Source: Fistulifera solaris
Lineage: Eukaryota
Reading direction: 5' to 3'
Assembly (NCBI GenBank): GCA_030295235.1
Contig: AP026123.1
Span: forward strand, 1,612,001 to 1,676,000
Length of the DNA: 64,000 bases
Shown: positions 35,350-47,542 of the stretch, one piece after another
Layout of the letters: each line of letters starts with the position of its first letter
Position numbering within the stretch: position 1 is the stretch's first letter
Notes under the pieces: generated by a model
What the model was told of the DNA's origin: nothing
Seen by the model: the letters and a program-made list of their open reading frames with translations, nothing else
Databases searched by the model: none
Position numbers and translations under genes: made by a program

Positions 35350-35565
35350 AGCTTTATTTTTTTTAAATGACTATAGTCGGGTTGTCAGAAAACTTGACTC
35401 GCTGGATCGGTGCGAGCGCGAATGCAGCAAGTCACAACACGGGTGGGTAGGGGAAGAGACGGTAGGCTTAACACCCTACTACAAGTAAAGCTTTATTTTT
35501 TTTAAATGACTATAATCGGGTTATCAGAAAACTTGACGCGCTGGATCGGTGCGAGCGCGAATGCA
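35290..35565 (+). repeat. 138-bp direct tandem duplication of a gene's last codons and 3' UTR
   Basis: CAAGTCACAACACGGG...GCGAGCGCGAATGCA at 35290-35426 and 35428-35565, with about 4-5 differences. Confidence 0.95.
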
Positions 35566-35724
35566 TCTGCGATTGAGCATGGGGCAACGTGATGGCCTTG
35601 TCATCAACGTATGTCGCTTAAAAAAAAGCATAATCAAGGTCGCTAGAAACTAATGACTCGGAGTATTGTAGAAATGACCTGAATACTAGAATTAGTCTAG
35701 TGACTACCACGCACTGACAAAGGA

Positions 35725-36960
35725 CTAGAGATAATCACCCACATTGGTCGGCATTTCCCTAATTTGTGTACTGTAGAACTGCTCAATCTCACGGAGAAGT
35801 CGCGTATCTTCTTCCCGAACGAAGTTGATGGCAACTCCTTTACGACCGAAACGCCCAGACCGCCCAATTCGATGAATATACAACTCTTTGTTGGTTGGTA
35901 AATCATAACAAATTACCAAACTCACTTGTTGCACGTCAATACCGCGTCCCCATAAATCTGTGGCAATTAATACTCTGGAGCTTCCGGATCGGAACTCCTC
36001 CATTACTGCATTACGAGCCGATTGATCCATATCCCCGTGCATGGAACACACTGTAAAATCCCTTTCCTTCATTTGTTGTGCCAGCCAATCTACTTTCTGT
36101 TTCGAATTGCAAAAAATTACCGCTTGTGTAATGGTCAGCGTATCGTAAAGGTCACACAAGGTATCAAACTTCCATTCTTCCTTTTCCACGGCTATGAAGA
36201 ATTGCTGGATGCCTTCTAAAGTTAATTCATCTCGTCGCACCAATATTCTAACGGGATCTTTCATGAACTGACGCGTCATTTCCAGCACACTGGCTGGCAA
36301 TGTTGCACTCATCAGAACAACTTGCGCGGTCGGTGGCAGCATGCGATAAATATCGTAGACTTGCTCCTTAAATCCTCTATTCAACATTTCATCCGCTTCG
36401 TCCAAAATCATCACTTTTAAATTTTGTACCCCCAAAGCTCCTCGTCGTAATAAATCAAAGACACGACCGGGTGTACCCGACACAATTTGAACATTGTTTT
36501 GCTCGAGCGCTTTAATGTCCATCCCGAGTGATTTTCCTCCGATACATGCGTGACACGATGCATTGAGGAAATCTCCAAGAGCGGAAACAACCTTATGTGT
36601 CTGCTCCGCCAATTCTCGAGTGGGACTCAGTAAGAGTGCTTGTACCGCTTTACTTCGCGAATCGAGTAACTGCAACGCTGCTATACAAAAGACCGCCGTC
36701 TTCCCCGTCCCCGATTGACTCTGTGCAATGACATCTCGTCCTCGCACTATGGGACGAATCGCACGTTGCTGAATCGCACTGGGCTTTTCGAATCCGTAGG
36801 CATAAATTCCCTTGAGCAGATCCGGCTTCAAGTTCATGGCGTCGAAGGAAGGGCACGGGGCCGTGTCATCGTCTTCGCGCTGGTGTTTCTTTTCGTACGG
36901 TTTCTCGCGGTGCTCCGAACGGCTTTTGTGATCGCGGTGACTGTGCTTTGCTTTGGGCAT
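35725..36960 (-). CDS. EIF4A3: Eukaryotic initiation factor 4A-III (exon junction complex DEAD-box helicase)
   Basis: [56 protein letters not shown] and [13 protein letters not shown]. Confidence 0.96.
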   Translation of the reverse strand: MPKAKHSHRDHKSRSEHREKPYEKKHQREDDDTAPCPSFDAMNLKPDLLKGIYAYGFEKPSAIQQRAIRPIVRGRDVIAQSQSGTGKTAVFCIAALQLLDSRSKAVQALLLSPTRELAEQTHKVVSALGDFLNASCHACIGGKSLGMDIKALEQNNVQIVSGTPGRVFDLLRRGALGVQNLKVMILDEADEMLNRGFKEQVYDIYRMLPPTAQVVLMSATLPASVLEMTRQFMKDPVRILVRRDELTLEGIQQFFIAVEKEEWKFDTLCDLYDTLTITQAVIFCNSKQKVDWLAQQMKERDFTVCSMHGDMDQSARNAVMEEFRSGSSRVLIATDLWGRGIDVQQVSLVICYDLPTNKELYIHRIGRSGRFGRKGVAINFVREEDTRLLREIEQFYSTQIREMPTNVGDYL

Positions 36961-37593
36961 AATATGAATGATAATTGAGAGATTATCGAACTAATGTCAA
37001 TGTTTTATAGTCTATTAATTTGTATTATTTCTCATCTTTTCTCTGCTGTTTCGTCTCATCGTGCATCGTCTAAGCGGCGGAAACCGGTGGCAAAAACACG
37101 TCTCGTCTGTCCTACGCTCACATTTATTCAGTAGTGGTGCGATAGCCTAATTGTAGATTGAATTGAATGCGGTACTAACGACTATAGAAATATTCAATGC
37201 TGGTTTGAAGCACTATTTAGGCTATATTTTTCAAATCAAGCGCGGGCAGGCCGTACGTCCATTAAGTGTAATTTTTGCCTCCATCGGGGTGACATTTTCA
37301 CGTGTCGCGGCCGACGTGGTTGACGCGCGCAGAGCCTTCGCGGAAGCGCCCTCGGCTTTCCCTCCACCAAACTGGCAATGCTTTGCGCATTTGCGACACG
37401 CCATCACCATTCATACCGCAAACAGATCATCCTTTCACTTTAATGTGGCCCAGATTCCTGTGGTGACTGCCAGCATAATATCGTTTCGTTGTCTTACACC
37501 AGGTACCCCGATTTGCTAACCGGGTGACGATCTTCTGGCTCAGTGAGGCTTTAATTCTCACAATCCTGCTCCGCTCATTTCTTTCACACAACC

Positions 37594-39948
37594 ATGTTAC
37601 GTCGGCGCACGACAACCACAAGCGAGGTTGAGCGTAAGCTCGAACTACTAGAAGCTCGTTTTACTGCTCCTCCGGCGACGCCGCCGAATTCTGTTGACGA
37701 GGTGGGCGAGGAAGAGTCTGTGGCAACACACAAAAGCACAACGCCGCGCATAAAAAATCAGCATAGCCGTCAAGGCAGCAGTCGCCTCAACAACAGCCAG
37801 CACTCGTTCGGATTCGATACTCCGTCCTTATCCGGTCATTCTCAATCGATATCGGCCCGACAAAAGGCGGCTCGTCGCTCCTCCCTTTCCATCGTCGAGG
37901 CGGCTACGACCAAGCATTTGCGGAAGATCGCGGGCGAAGCGTCTTCCAGTGATAGTGCTTCCAATGCCGCTACCATTCTGACCGGTCACCAAAGCAAAAA
38001 GAAAGCGCCTGTACCTGAAACGCCTTCTTCGACGCCCGTTATATCGATGCAAAATATATTCAGCAGCAATAATAGCAACCACAACAGCAACTCCGTTACC
38101 ACGACAACAGTAAGTGCCCACATCAACGAGTCAATGTTTCTTGTATATCCCCATCTCATTGATCACTTTTCTATCCAGGACAAGAAGCGCAAACAGTATG
38201 TGCCCGTGAAACGTGACCGTCCGTCCATTAAAGAGAATTTAGGACCCATCGCCCCGAAACGCAAGGTGGAAGAAAGTCCTCGCCCCAAGCGGACCAAACC
38301 ATCCAATTCGCGGTCTCTGTTCTACTATTTTCGAAAAGAAGATGCAGTAGATGCCAAAGTTGATGAGCCTGTCAAACCAGTTAAGTCAAATGTGGTGGAA
38401 ATTAAAGAAGAGGAAACAGTGGAATACTGGAAAATCAAATGCGAGAATCTCGAGAAAGAATGCCTGGACAAGGAAGAACAGCTTTCTGCCGTATCGAACA
38501 ACCGAACAATCATACATACAGCTCTTCAATCGGCTTTGAATCAACGAGAATTGGAGCTGAAGGAATTCAAGGAGCTAGCGCAAAAGCAGCAATCGGCCAC
38601 CGCCAGTGTGCTCGAAGAATTTCTTCGTCAAACCGCCGAACAAGAAGCGGTGACAGAGCGAGAACGGCTGGCAGCGGATGGAGCCCGATTGGGTCGAATC
38701 GTCCGGACCGGAGTGCGATGGCAAGAGACATGGCAAGATGGGCACGCCACAAAGCAACTGAATGACGCCAAGGAGAAGCTGGCGAAGAGTTTAAAAGAAT
38801 TGAAGCAGCGACAGCACGAGTCACAGGACGGGAAAACGCCCCTGGAGATCACGGAGCACATCGAGTCGACTCTCTATCACATTGGAAGACTTCGACAGGA
38901 GGAACGGGAATTGTGTGAGGAAGAGAAGCGACTGAATGTCGAAAAGACTCGACACATTCGCGCATTGAAACGCGTGGCTAGCGAGGATTCGTCCCGCTTT
39001 CGCTCGCGTCCAAAGGTGAGTCTACTCTCGTGTGCTATAACATCTTGCTGTTCAACAACTCACTTCTCCATGTAGTTAAACGATCGTTATGTTCTGCAGT
39101 CGTTGTTAGGGAAAGGAGGCTTTTCAGAAGTCTGGAGGGCATACGATCTGGAGGAACTCCGTGAAGTGGCAGTCAAAATTCACCAGCTCGATCCACGATG
39201 GTCTGATTCAAAGAAAGAAAATTATACAAAGCATGTTTCGCGGGAATATGAGATCCACAGAAATGTCCGACACCCACGTATTGTTTCTTTGTATGATGTG
39301 TTTGAAATCGACAGCAATTCCTTCGCAACGGTTTTGGAGTGCTGCAGTGGAACCGACCTGGATATTCTGCTAAAAGACAAGCGGCGTATCCCTGAACGAG
39401 ATGCAAGAGCTATCTTACTACAAATCCTCTCCGGTATGAACTACCTGAGCCATCCGTCAGCAGAGCGACAGGGAATCATTCACTATGATTTGAAGCCGGG
39501 TAATATTCTTTTCGACGAGAACGGTGACGCTAAGATTACAGACTTTGGTCTCAGCAAAATTGTGGACACCCACGACCCTGCTGACAGCATGGAACTCACC
39601 TCGCAAGGGGCTGGTACGTACTGGTACCTGCCTCCAGAATGCTTTGTGATGGACGAAAACGTTCGAATCAGCAACAAGGTTGACGTGTGGTCGATTGGAG
39701 TAATCTTCTTCCAGATGATCTTCGGTAAACGTCCTTTTGGCGATGGCCAGTCGCAAGATAAGATTCTGGCCGATCAAACTATGTTGAATGCCCACGAAGT
39801 GAAGTTTCCCGATAAAATTGAAATTTCTTCAGAAGGAAAAGAGTTCATTCGCGCATGCCTGTCTTATGATCAAGCATATCGTCCGACGATTGCGCAGCTC
39901 TGCGAGCACTCATATGTCGTGAAAGATTGGGATAGTATGCCCAAATGA
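37594..39948 (+). CDS. TLK: Tousled-like Ser/Thr kinase (3 exons)
   Basis: Coiled coil with RLGRI..WQDG, EDSSRF, LLGKGGFSEV, KKENYTKHVSREYEIH, HYDLKPGN and ELTSQGAGTYWYLPPECF. Introns at 38110-38178 and 39016-39075. Confidence 0.95.
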
Positions 39949-41224
39949 CCCGTGAATAGCAACAACAAACTAAGATAGTCTTACTGTTATTCTTGATAAG
40001 GCAAGCACGGATTTTATGCATGATGTCGTAGTATTATCGCCTTCCAAACTGTAGGCCCTCAGTGAATCATTTCTCACGTTCATGCTGGGCCTTTCTAACA
40101 AAGCATGAGTGCACGTAGCGCTCGCGTTTTGAAATTAATAATATAAGTTGCCAGACTTAACTACTCGTAGATTGAATCTTTCTTTTAGGATGTATTACCA
40201 GTAGTTCGTTCAGAGCTTCGGATAGGCTGCCTTCGTGGTCTTCAGATTTACAACAAAGAACGTTCGCGAGCAGACAGCACGGTGGGCAGAAGACATAGCA
40301 ACTGGTGTCCTCAATTGTAAAACTGATGGAGAATTTCTCGGTCCTGAAATTCGATCGGATATTTCGGTTAAGCGTCTCACAATCCGGGCTGTATCCGAAT
40401 GAAAATATGCCTACGGTAAGCTGGGTAGCACTCACTTGAATAATAAAATATCGTGAAAGATCGACTTTGCGAATTCGGCGTCAAAAGATTTTCAATGGTG
40501 TCTTTTCTTTAAATACGTCGCAATTTCAGCTGTTGTCCAGTGGATTGGCATCTACGAAAGATCAAAGCATGAGGCCACATCAGCCAGTACGCAAACCCAT
40601 CCTCTTATATGTAGGATAAAACCCTTACTGGCACGTATATCCAATCGCCACTCTCGTCGAAGTCTCTTCATTTTTATCGCCATCATGAAAACAAAAAAAA
40701 ATTGCGAAGGAGATGGTCAATTCATTTCAAAATGTCGATCAATGGCATCGAAATGATGTAAATAGAGTTTGGGCCCAAAAATCCTGTGCTATGCCCTTGT
40801 AAAAATTGGCCGAAGAACACGGTTTGCCCATATACATTTAAGTAGTACAAGAAAAGAGCGTATTAGCTAGATTGTATTAATTAAATCAGAACGGTACTTG
40901 ATGGTTTGCCTACGTCGCAGCGTGTCTGATAAATATCGCAGAGGATGCACGGACAGACTGGACCCTCTTTGATACTCGTGACTCAGACATAGAAAGGCTG
41001 CACACTGGTAGAGATTGTAGACGGAGCAATCGCGGGATACACCTTTTGAAAAGCGACGATGATGAATGCGAATTGCGACGATGATGCATGAGATATTCTC
41101 TGACTCCTTGTCATTCGATTGAAAGAATACGAAAGCAGGTGTATTGTGATCGTTGTTAAGTGGTCAAAAATCATCATGATTCTTCTGGAGAAACTGTTTT
41201 GAAGCGTAACGAGTGCAGCGAAAC

Positions 41225-43080
41225 ATGGGCTTTGAATTGCAGCACGTCCTGTCTGACGCACACCATTATGGCGTCTTTGAATGCGTCATTTGTCAACAGT
41301 TAATCGATTTGGATGCATTAGTGACAACGCCGTGCTCACACGCGTTTTGTGATATTTGTTTGCGTCAGTGGCTCAACAAGAGCACGGAATGTCCTACATG
41401 TCATCAAAACTTACTGTTTTCGAACAACAATCAACACAAGTGTATAACGATAGGCGGTGTGTCCGTGAATGTCGAACCGCTGTCGTTAACCCAGCCGCTG
41501 GCTCATCGGTCACTGAAGCGAGTGCAAGTATCATGCCCTTTCTCGCAGATTGGATGCGACTGGAAAGGTGACTACGGTGATTTAGACTCGCACTTGTCGA
41601 AAGCAGCGCATCACTCGAATGCAACAGACGACTCAACTCAACGCACGAAACAAACAGCGGCCATGTACAAAGAAGAAGGCAACAATAAATTCGCATCGAG
41701 ACACTTTCGTCAGGCGCAGGATATGTACGCAAAAGCCATTAGTATGTTGGAAGTTCTTGGACAAAAAGATGAAGAAGTGTATCTGTTGTTGGCTTCACTA
41801 TATGCGAATCGGTCTGCGACGCACTTGATTCTGCACGAGTTTTCGGCTGCGGTCTATGATGCTACGTGCGCTACTGCAACCGACCCATTTTACGTCAAAG
41901 CGTATTCCAGAAAAGCGAAAGCTTTGGTGCAACTTGGATCTTTGGAGGAAGCATTTCGTGTGCTACAACAGGCCACTAGCGTTGTCAAGGGAGGGCAATA
42001 TGACAAGCTGCTCGCGAAAGAACTTGAGCAAGTCACTGTGCTAAACCAGATTTTTATTGAGGGGAGTGCTCAGTTGGGTAACAACGAATTTGCGGCAGCA
42101 AAGTCTTCGTTTAGCTTGCTACTGTCCATTTCACAAGACTGGCTATCTCAAACACTGGAAGCCCCGAATGTGTTGCTAGGAGTGGCAAAGGCGGATCTTG
42201 GCCTGGGATTGACTGACGCAACACTGCGGCTCACGCTTCAGGTTCTTAAGAAGCATCCACAGTCAACAGACGCGTATGCTCTTCGAGGACAGTGTTATCT
42301 GCTAATGACAGAATACGATGCAAGTCTCTCTTTGTTGAAAGAAGCCTTACGACGTGATCCGGATTCAATTCTTTTGCGCAAAGCTTTGAAAGAGACCATA
42401 TCGATTCAAAGCTTAGCAAATCAAATCAAAGAAGCCCTCTTTATCGCCGTTTTGAAGAAGCAAATCAGAAAGCGGCAGAAGCGATCCAGGCATGTGTGTT
42501 ATTACCCCCTAAATCCCAGTTGCACGCATGGCTGTACACGCAACGTGCTACGGCCTCTTTACGCTTGAAGGAGCACCAAAATGCATTGAAAGATTGTGCC
42601 ACGGTCCTGTACTATCTCGAAGATTATGTGGAAGCATGGCTCGTTCGATTTCAAGCGCTCCACGCTTTAGAGCGTCACGAAGAAGCATTGGAGCTGTCGA
42701 CGGATCTTTTGCAAAGGTGGGGCGCAAACGATTCTAGGATCCGCAAAGCGTACGAGGCGGCTAATTTTGAAGTCCGTAAAAGAAAGCGACCTGACTTTTA
42801 CGCTATGCTAGGAGTAACTTCACTGGCATCGGAGCGCGAAATTAAAAAGGCGTATCGACAAAAGGCTATGGAACTGCATCCGGATCGAATGGTGGGTCAA
42901 AGCGAAGACGTGCAAAGGAGGGGTCAACGCGACTTTCAATTACTCGGTGAAGGGCTGGAAATTTTGACCGATGATTTCAAAAGACGATTGTATGACGACG
43001 GTTATGACACGGAAGCGATTAAAGAACGCGTCGAAGCCGCCAAGAGAGCTGCGCACGGTCGTCAAAGTCATTATCATTAA
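41225..43080 (+). CDS. RING finger + TRAF-type Zn finger + TPR repeats + C-terminal J-domain (DNAJC7-like fusion); frameshift near 42440
   Basis: CVIC...PCSHAFCDIC..W...CPTC; CPFSQIGCDWKG..L..H; TPRs (YKEEGNNKF, LYANRSA); DFYAMLGV..EIKKAYRQKAMELHPDR. Confidence 0.88.
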
Positions 43081-43176
43081 ACCACTCCGAAATAATAATA
43101 ATTTTCACACAGGCACAGTTCATACATACGCGTGTTCAACATAAATCTTTTTACAGATAATCTTTTTCGGTTGTAG

Positions 43177-43965
43177 CTATTGTCGTTTGAGGTCGTCCGA
43201 AGACTTTCTCCGGAAGAATATTGAGTCGATCCACATCTTTAAGCCCATGAAAGCGACATCACAACCAGCAAACATAAGCGCAGGAGCACCCAACAGATCA
43301 TAAAATACGCTTTCTCGCATAATTTGGCACGAGTAGCGATCGAAAACGACACCCGCCACGGGTAACAAACCTCCTAAAACAACGGTCGCCAAGCATGCGG
43401 GTCGCAATTCCTTGAGCATTGCAGCAAAGCATACCTGACCGGCAAAGGCCAACGGTACAAGATAAAAAAGTTCTAGTCCGATGGTGCTCGTGTGTCTGCA
43501 GAAAATGACTGTTGCCAGAAGAGCCGAAGTAAGACATATTGCGAATGTGACGGCTTTCCAGAATCGAGCGGAATCAATGAGTCGATCCAGACATGCTCCC
43601 ACAATGGCACAGGAGGACAGTCCCGTAAAGAGACAGTCCAGTGACCAAAGCAATGGTTGTTCTTCTACTTCTGTTCTACCAGGGGTAATGGTGACAAGAC
43701 AGTGCAAGAAAAGAGCGAAGAAATTCATGAGACCAAAACAGCCAAACGCTGCTCTCCACCACCGTAACGTTTTGTACTGGTAAGCCCCTTGGGCTCCGAT
43801 CCATATTCCCCCAAGCGCAAATACCGCCAGAGATGGATGTCGGACGCTTCCTGGAACGAACTCAGGGCATAGTTGTGCGATGTCGTCGGGGAAAAGAAGT
43901 TGAAGTACTCGGGGAAATGTGCGGGTGATTTCAGGGAAATAACCAGCGACAAATGGTCGACTCAT
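43177..43965 (-). CDS. Hypothetical multi-pass membrane protein
   Basis: 262-aa ORF with about 7 hydrophobic segments. Confidence 0.7.
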   Translation of the reverse strand: MSRPFVAGYFPEITRTFPRVLQLLFPDDIAQLCPEFVPGSVRHPSLAVFALGGIWIGAQGAYQYKTLRWWRAAFGCFGLMNFFALFLHCLVTITPGRTEVEEQPLLWSLDCLFTGLSSCAIVGACLDRLIDSARFWKAVTFAICLTSALLATVIFCRHTSTIGLELFYLVPLAFAGQVCFAAMLKELRPACLATVVLGGLLPVAGVVFDRYSCQIMRESVFYDLLGAPALMFAGCDVAFMGLKMWIDSIFFRRKSSDDLKRQ

Positions 43966-44450
43966 TGATTTGAAATTTAATTAACAATCAATGTGAACTG
44001 TGCAATGTTTATTAGAAATATAAAGTAATGCGAAAACGTGAAGAGATGTAATGGAAAACGATGCTTGCCACTTGCATCATCGTTGTTGTGGTGTCAATGA
44101 AAAGTGTCATCGCATATACCTGGTAGAACCCTTTATGTACGTGTTAAGTATCTTATGAAAAAATGTCTTAGTGGCTTCATATTCTGATGGAACGTCCAAC
44201 CTAAACTGTCGGACCGCGACCGTGATTTGTTCTTCCTTACTATTCCTTCATCCCTACCGTACCCCTATACCCTGGTATTCAATCTTCAAACTCATTTGCC
44301 TTGTCGCAAGAGCTTGTCGGCTGAAATTTGTTGCATGGTTAGTATAATTTGTACTGTGTATCCGCTTCAGTGAATACATTCAGATGATAGGCTCTAATGA
44401 GACGCAAAAGACAACAATTGTGTTGCATGCGGTTTAAGACTACTGTAGAC

Positions 44451-44510
44451 TCATGACTGAAATGCAGTCGTGTCGGCTCCTCTAAACCAACAGTTTGGAG
44501 CAGAGTAGAA
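44451..44510 (-). repeat. Dispersed bipartite hairpin element copy
   Basis: TCATGACTG-AAATG-CAGTCGTG...CCAACAGTTTGGAGCAGAGTAGAA. Confidence 0.8.
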
Positions 44511-44663
44511 AGTAAACCTTAGAACACGAAGGTCAGCGGCTCGCAAAATCATCGACCCCCATCAAACCAAACATTTTCAAACCTATTATTGAACCTTGTT
44601 TTTGAGCTACCAGGTAGTTATTAGTATTTTATTCCATTATTAGTTGAAATATCCGCCTGAAAA

Positions 44664-46334
44664 ATGAGCGAAACGGACATGAAAGAGCGTTTCTTTGCCT
44701 ACGTTGACGAGCGGCAACGGCGCTACATCGATCAGCTGGGAGAAGCTGTCGCGTAAGTCGAACAATACAACGGAAAATTACGGGCGCGCTCTTTCCCTCA
44801 CTTTCCTCTCGTTCTCAGTATTCCTTCTGTTTCATCGCAACTGGATACGCATTTGCCGGATATTCAAAAATGATGGAATATGCCGCAAATTTCATTCAGC
44901 GTCTCGGAGGACAGTGGGAACTGCGCGACAATCCCGATGGCACTTCGGAACGTCCTTTGCCGCCTCTCTTGTTGGGACATTTTCCGGTCGATCCCCGCAA
45001 AAAAAACGGTATGTGTGTACGGGCACTTGGATGTTCAGCCGGCGCATATTGACGATGGTTGGGATAGTGAACCCTTTGTACTCACCGAACGAGACGGGAA
45101 ACTGTTCGGAAGAGGCAGTACGGATGATAAGGGTCCGGCTTTGTCGTGGCTATGGGTTATCGAAGCCCATAAGGAATTGGGAATTGATTTACCCGTCAAT
45201 ATCAAGATATTGTACGAAGGCATGGAAGAGTACGGTAGTGAAGGTTTGTTTACTTTTATTCGCGACGAGCATGACAAATTCTTGGGGGATGTCGACTTTT
45301 TCTGCATCTCGGACAATTACTGGATTGGGAAGTCGAAACCATGTTTGACGTACGGATTGCGAGGTCTGGCGTACTTTGAATTGATCGTACAAGGCTGTGA
45401 GCAAGATCTGCATTCAGGAAACATGGGTGGAGCAGTGCATGAAGCGATGACGGACCTCATTCGTCTCATGGGAACGTTGGTGGACAGTCAGGGAAGAATC
45501 TTGATAGAGGGCGTCATGGATGATGTGAAACCGGTCACTCCTGAGGAAGAAGCTTTTTATGATCCTATTGAGTTTGATGTCGAATCTTTCAAAGAAGAGG
45601 CTAAAGTGAAGTCAATCAGCAACAAACTTCTGCATGGCAACAAAAAGATCTTCTCATGGCACGGTGGAGATTCCCGACTCTCTCTTTACACGGCATCGAG
45701 GGTGCTTTTTCGGGATCAGGCGCAAAGACAGTTATTCCAGCAAAGGTAAAAGGAAAGTTTTCGATGAGACTTGTCCCCGATCAGGATCCGGTTCGAATTG
45801 AACAAGTAGTCAGGGCACACATAGCTCGCGAGTTTGAAAAGGTATGTATGCTTATTTGTGTCTGCGGGTTGTTTGCCGGTCGCTCAGTATCTCATGCCTA
45901 TTAACTTTCAGTTGAATTCGCCCAATAAAGTGGAATTGAACATGCTGCATGGAGCCAAATCCTGGCTTTCGTCACCCGATCACCCTAATTACGCAGCGGC
46001 AGCAGCTGCAATTCAAACCGTTTTTCAAACAACACCCGATTATACACGAGAAGGTGGATCAATCCCTATCACCACCGCATTTGAAGAGGCGACCGGGATG
46101 AACGCTTTGTTACTGCCGATCGGAGCGTGCGACGATATGGCGCACTCTCAAAACGAAAAGTACAACATCACAAATCTTATGAATGGCATCAAAGTACTTG
46201 GCATGTATTTGCACGAGCTGGGTAAAATTGGGGGACCAAAGCCATCTTCGTGTCGGTGCATTCCATTGACCGAGGAAGAGCTCATGGTACCTGGAGCTTT
46301 CATGAAGGGATTTCGTTGCAAATGCGAAATGTAA
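44664..46334 (+). CDS. CNDP2: Cytosolic non-specific dipeptidase / Cys-Gly metallodipeptidase (M20A), 3 exons, frameshifts
   Basis: [45 protein letters not shown] and AHSQNEK. Introns at about 44753-44818 and 45842-45911. Confidence 0.95.
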
Positions 46335-46591
46335 CAAGCTGCGACTAAAAGATAGTTTATTTCGTTATTTTGACTTAATGAACGATAATACATTGTCTGT
46401 ACAACCGCGGGGCAAGTCGTTCAAGTCGAAAAAGGGGCACTCAAAAGAAGTGTGTCGGGTAAGTGGTGAAATCTGGTCGAATCCTCGCATCCTGGTGGAT
46501 GATAAGATTACACCTATTCTTGTGTTTGGTGCTCGTGATTCACGAGTGCATCTAGTCGAGTTGGATTAGATTGCAATGCACTACTGTACAT

Positions 46592-47542
46592 CTACTGAAT
46601 GATTTTTAGCGCAGTAATAATGGCATCGCATTCATCATCACTATCTTCGCCTTCAGTCCGCTTCGTCATATGAACCTGGAGTCGCCTCGTCTCGTGATCG
46701 TGATCATCAGCTTCTTCATCGTAAATGTATTCATCGTGAAGACTACCGTCCCGGTGACGCAACGGAGCCATCAAAACCTGAACGTCAGATCCTTGAATTC
46801 TCCAGTGATGTGCGTAACTCGAGAACGCAACAAGTGAAGTTTCGTCATCACTCTCTCGAACCATCGCAACGACGACAAATAGAATGTTATCGAACAGTCC
46901 GACACTCATTCCGCTACGGTTCAGATAGCGTCGGAGCTCAGACCACCGTGATAAAATAGCTGCACTCGCCCCAGCTCTCCCTAAATCAAGTGTGATTGTT
47001 GTTTCTTCTTCCGGTTCGTTATCGTTGCTGCTATCATCGACGTCGCCGTCCTTGGCAGAAGAATCGTGAAATTCGAAATAGGCCGGCACGAAACCTTGCC
47101 ATATCAAGCTTTTAGCACTCCGACTGGAAATGCGAAGAAAGAACTCGAGTCTCGAAAATTCGACGGGTCCCCAGAATGACTCGAGGTTTAATTGAGGTAA
47201 ATCATCACAATCGGTACACCCTTCCCAGTGTAGTTCCCCATTTCGTTTCTCTTCATCCGGATCCCGGATAGGGTCAAGGAAGGTATAATGATCCAGCACA
47301 GCTGTTTCCATTTCTTCCGCAAACGCACTCGCCACTGCGTGTCGATATACTCTTCGGTGCGCGGATCGGGAGACTTCGGAAGCAAACGAAATAAGAGCAT
47401 CTAAATGGGTCCACAAATGCGGCGTCAACGACAACTCCTCTAGCGTCGAAATACCACACGAGCCGACCGCTGCGAGGCTCAGTCCGTCGAGATATTCGAA
47501 AATTTGAAAAATCACGACTTCCGGGAGATTATCGAGTTGCAT
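46592..47542 (-). CDS. F-box domain protein
   Basis: N-terminal LDNLPEVVIFQIFEYLDGLSL...LW in a 316-aa ORF. Confidence 0.75.
   Translation of the reverse strand: MQLDNLPEVVIFQIFEYLDGLSLAAVGSCGISTLEELSLTPHLWTHLDALISFASEVSRSAHRRVYRHAVASAFAEEMETAVLDHYTFLDPIRDPDEEKRNGELHWEGCTDCDDLPQLNLESFWGPVEFSRLEFFLRISSRSAKSLIWQGFVPAYFEFHDSSAKDGDVDDSSNDNEPEEETTITLDLGRAGASAAILSRWSELRRYLNRSGMSVGLFDNILFVVVAMVRESDDETSLVAFSSYAHHWRIQGSDVQVLMAPLRHRDGSLHDEYIYDEEADDHDHETRRLQVHMTKRTEGEDSDDECDAIITALKIIQ

Noticed and set aside
5977..39948. Apparent cluster of genome-maintenance genes (SPO16-like, FAN1, MMS2, TLK)
   Set aside because: They are interspersed with many unrelated genes, which is plausible by chance in a compact genome.
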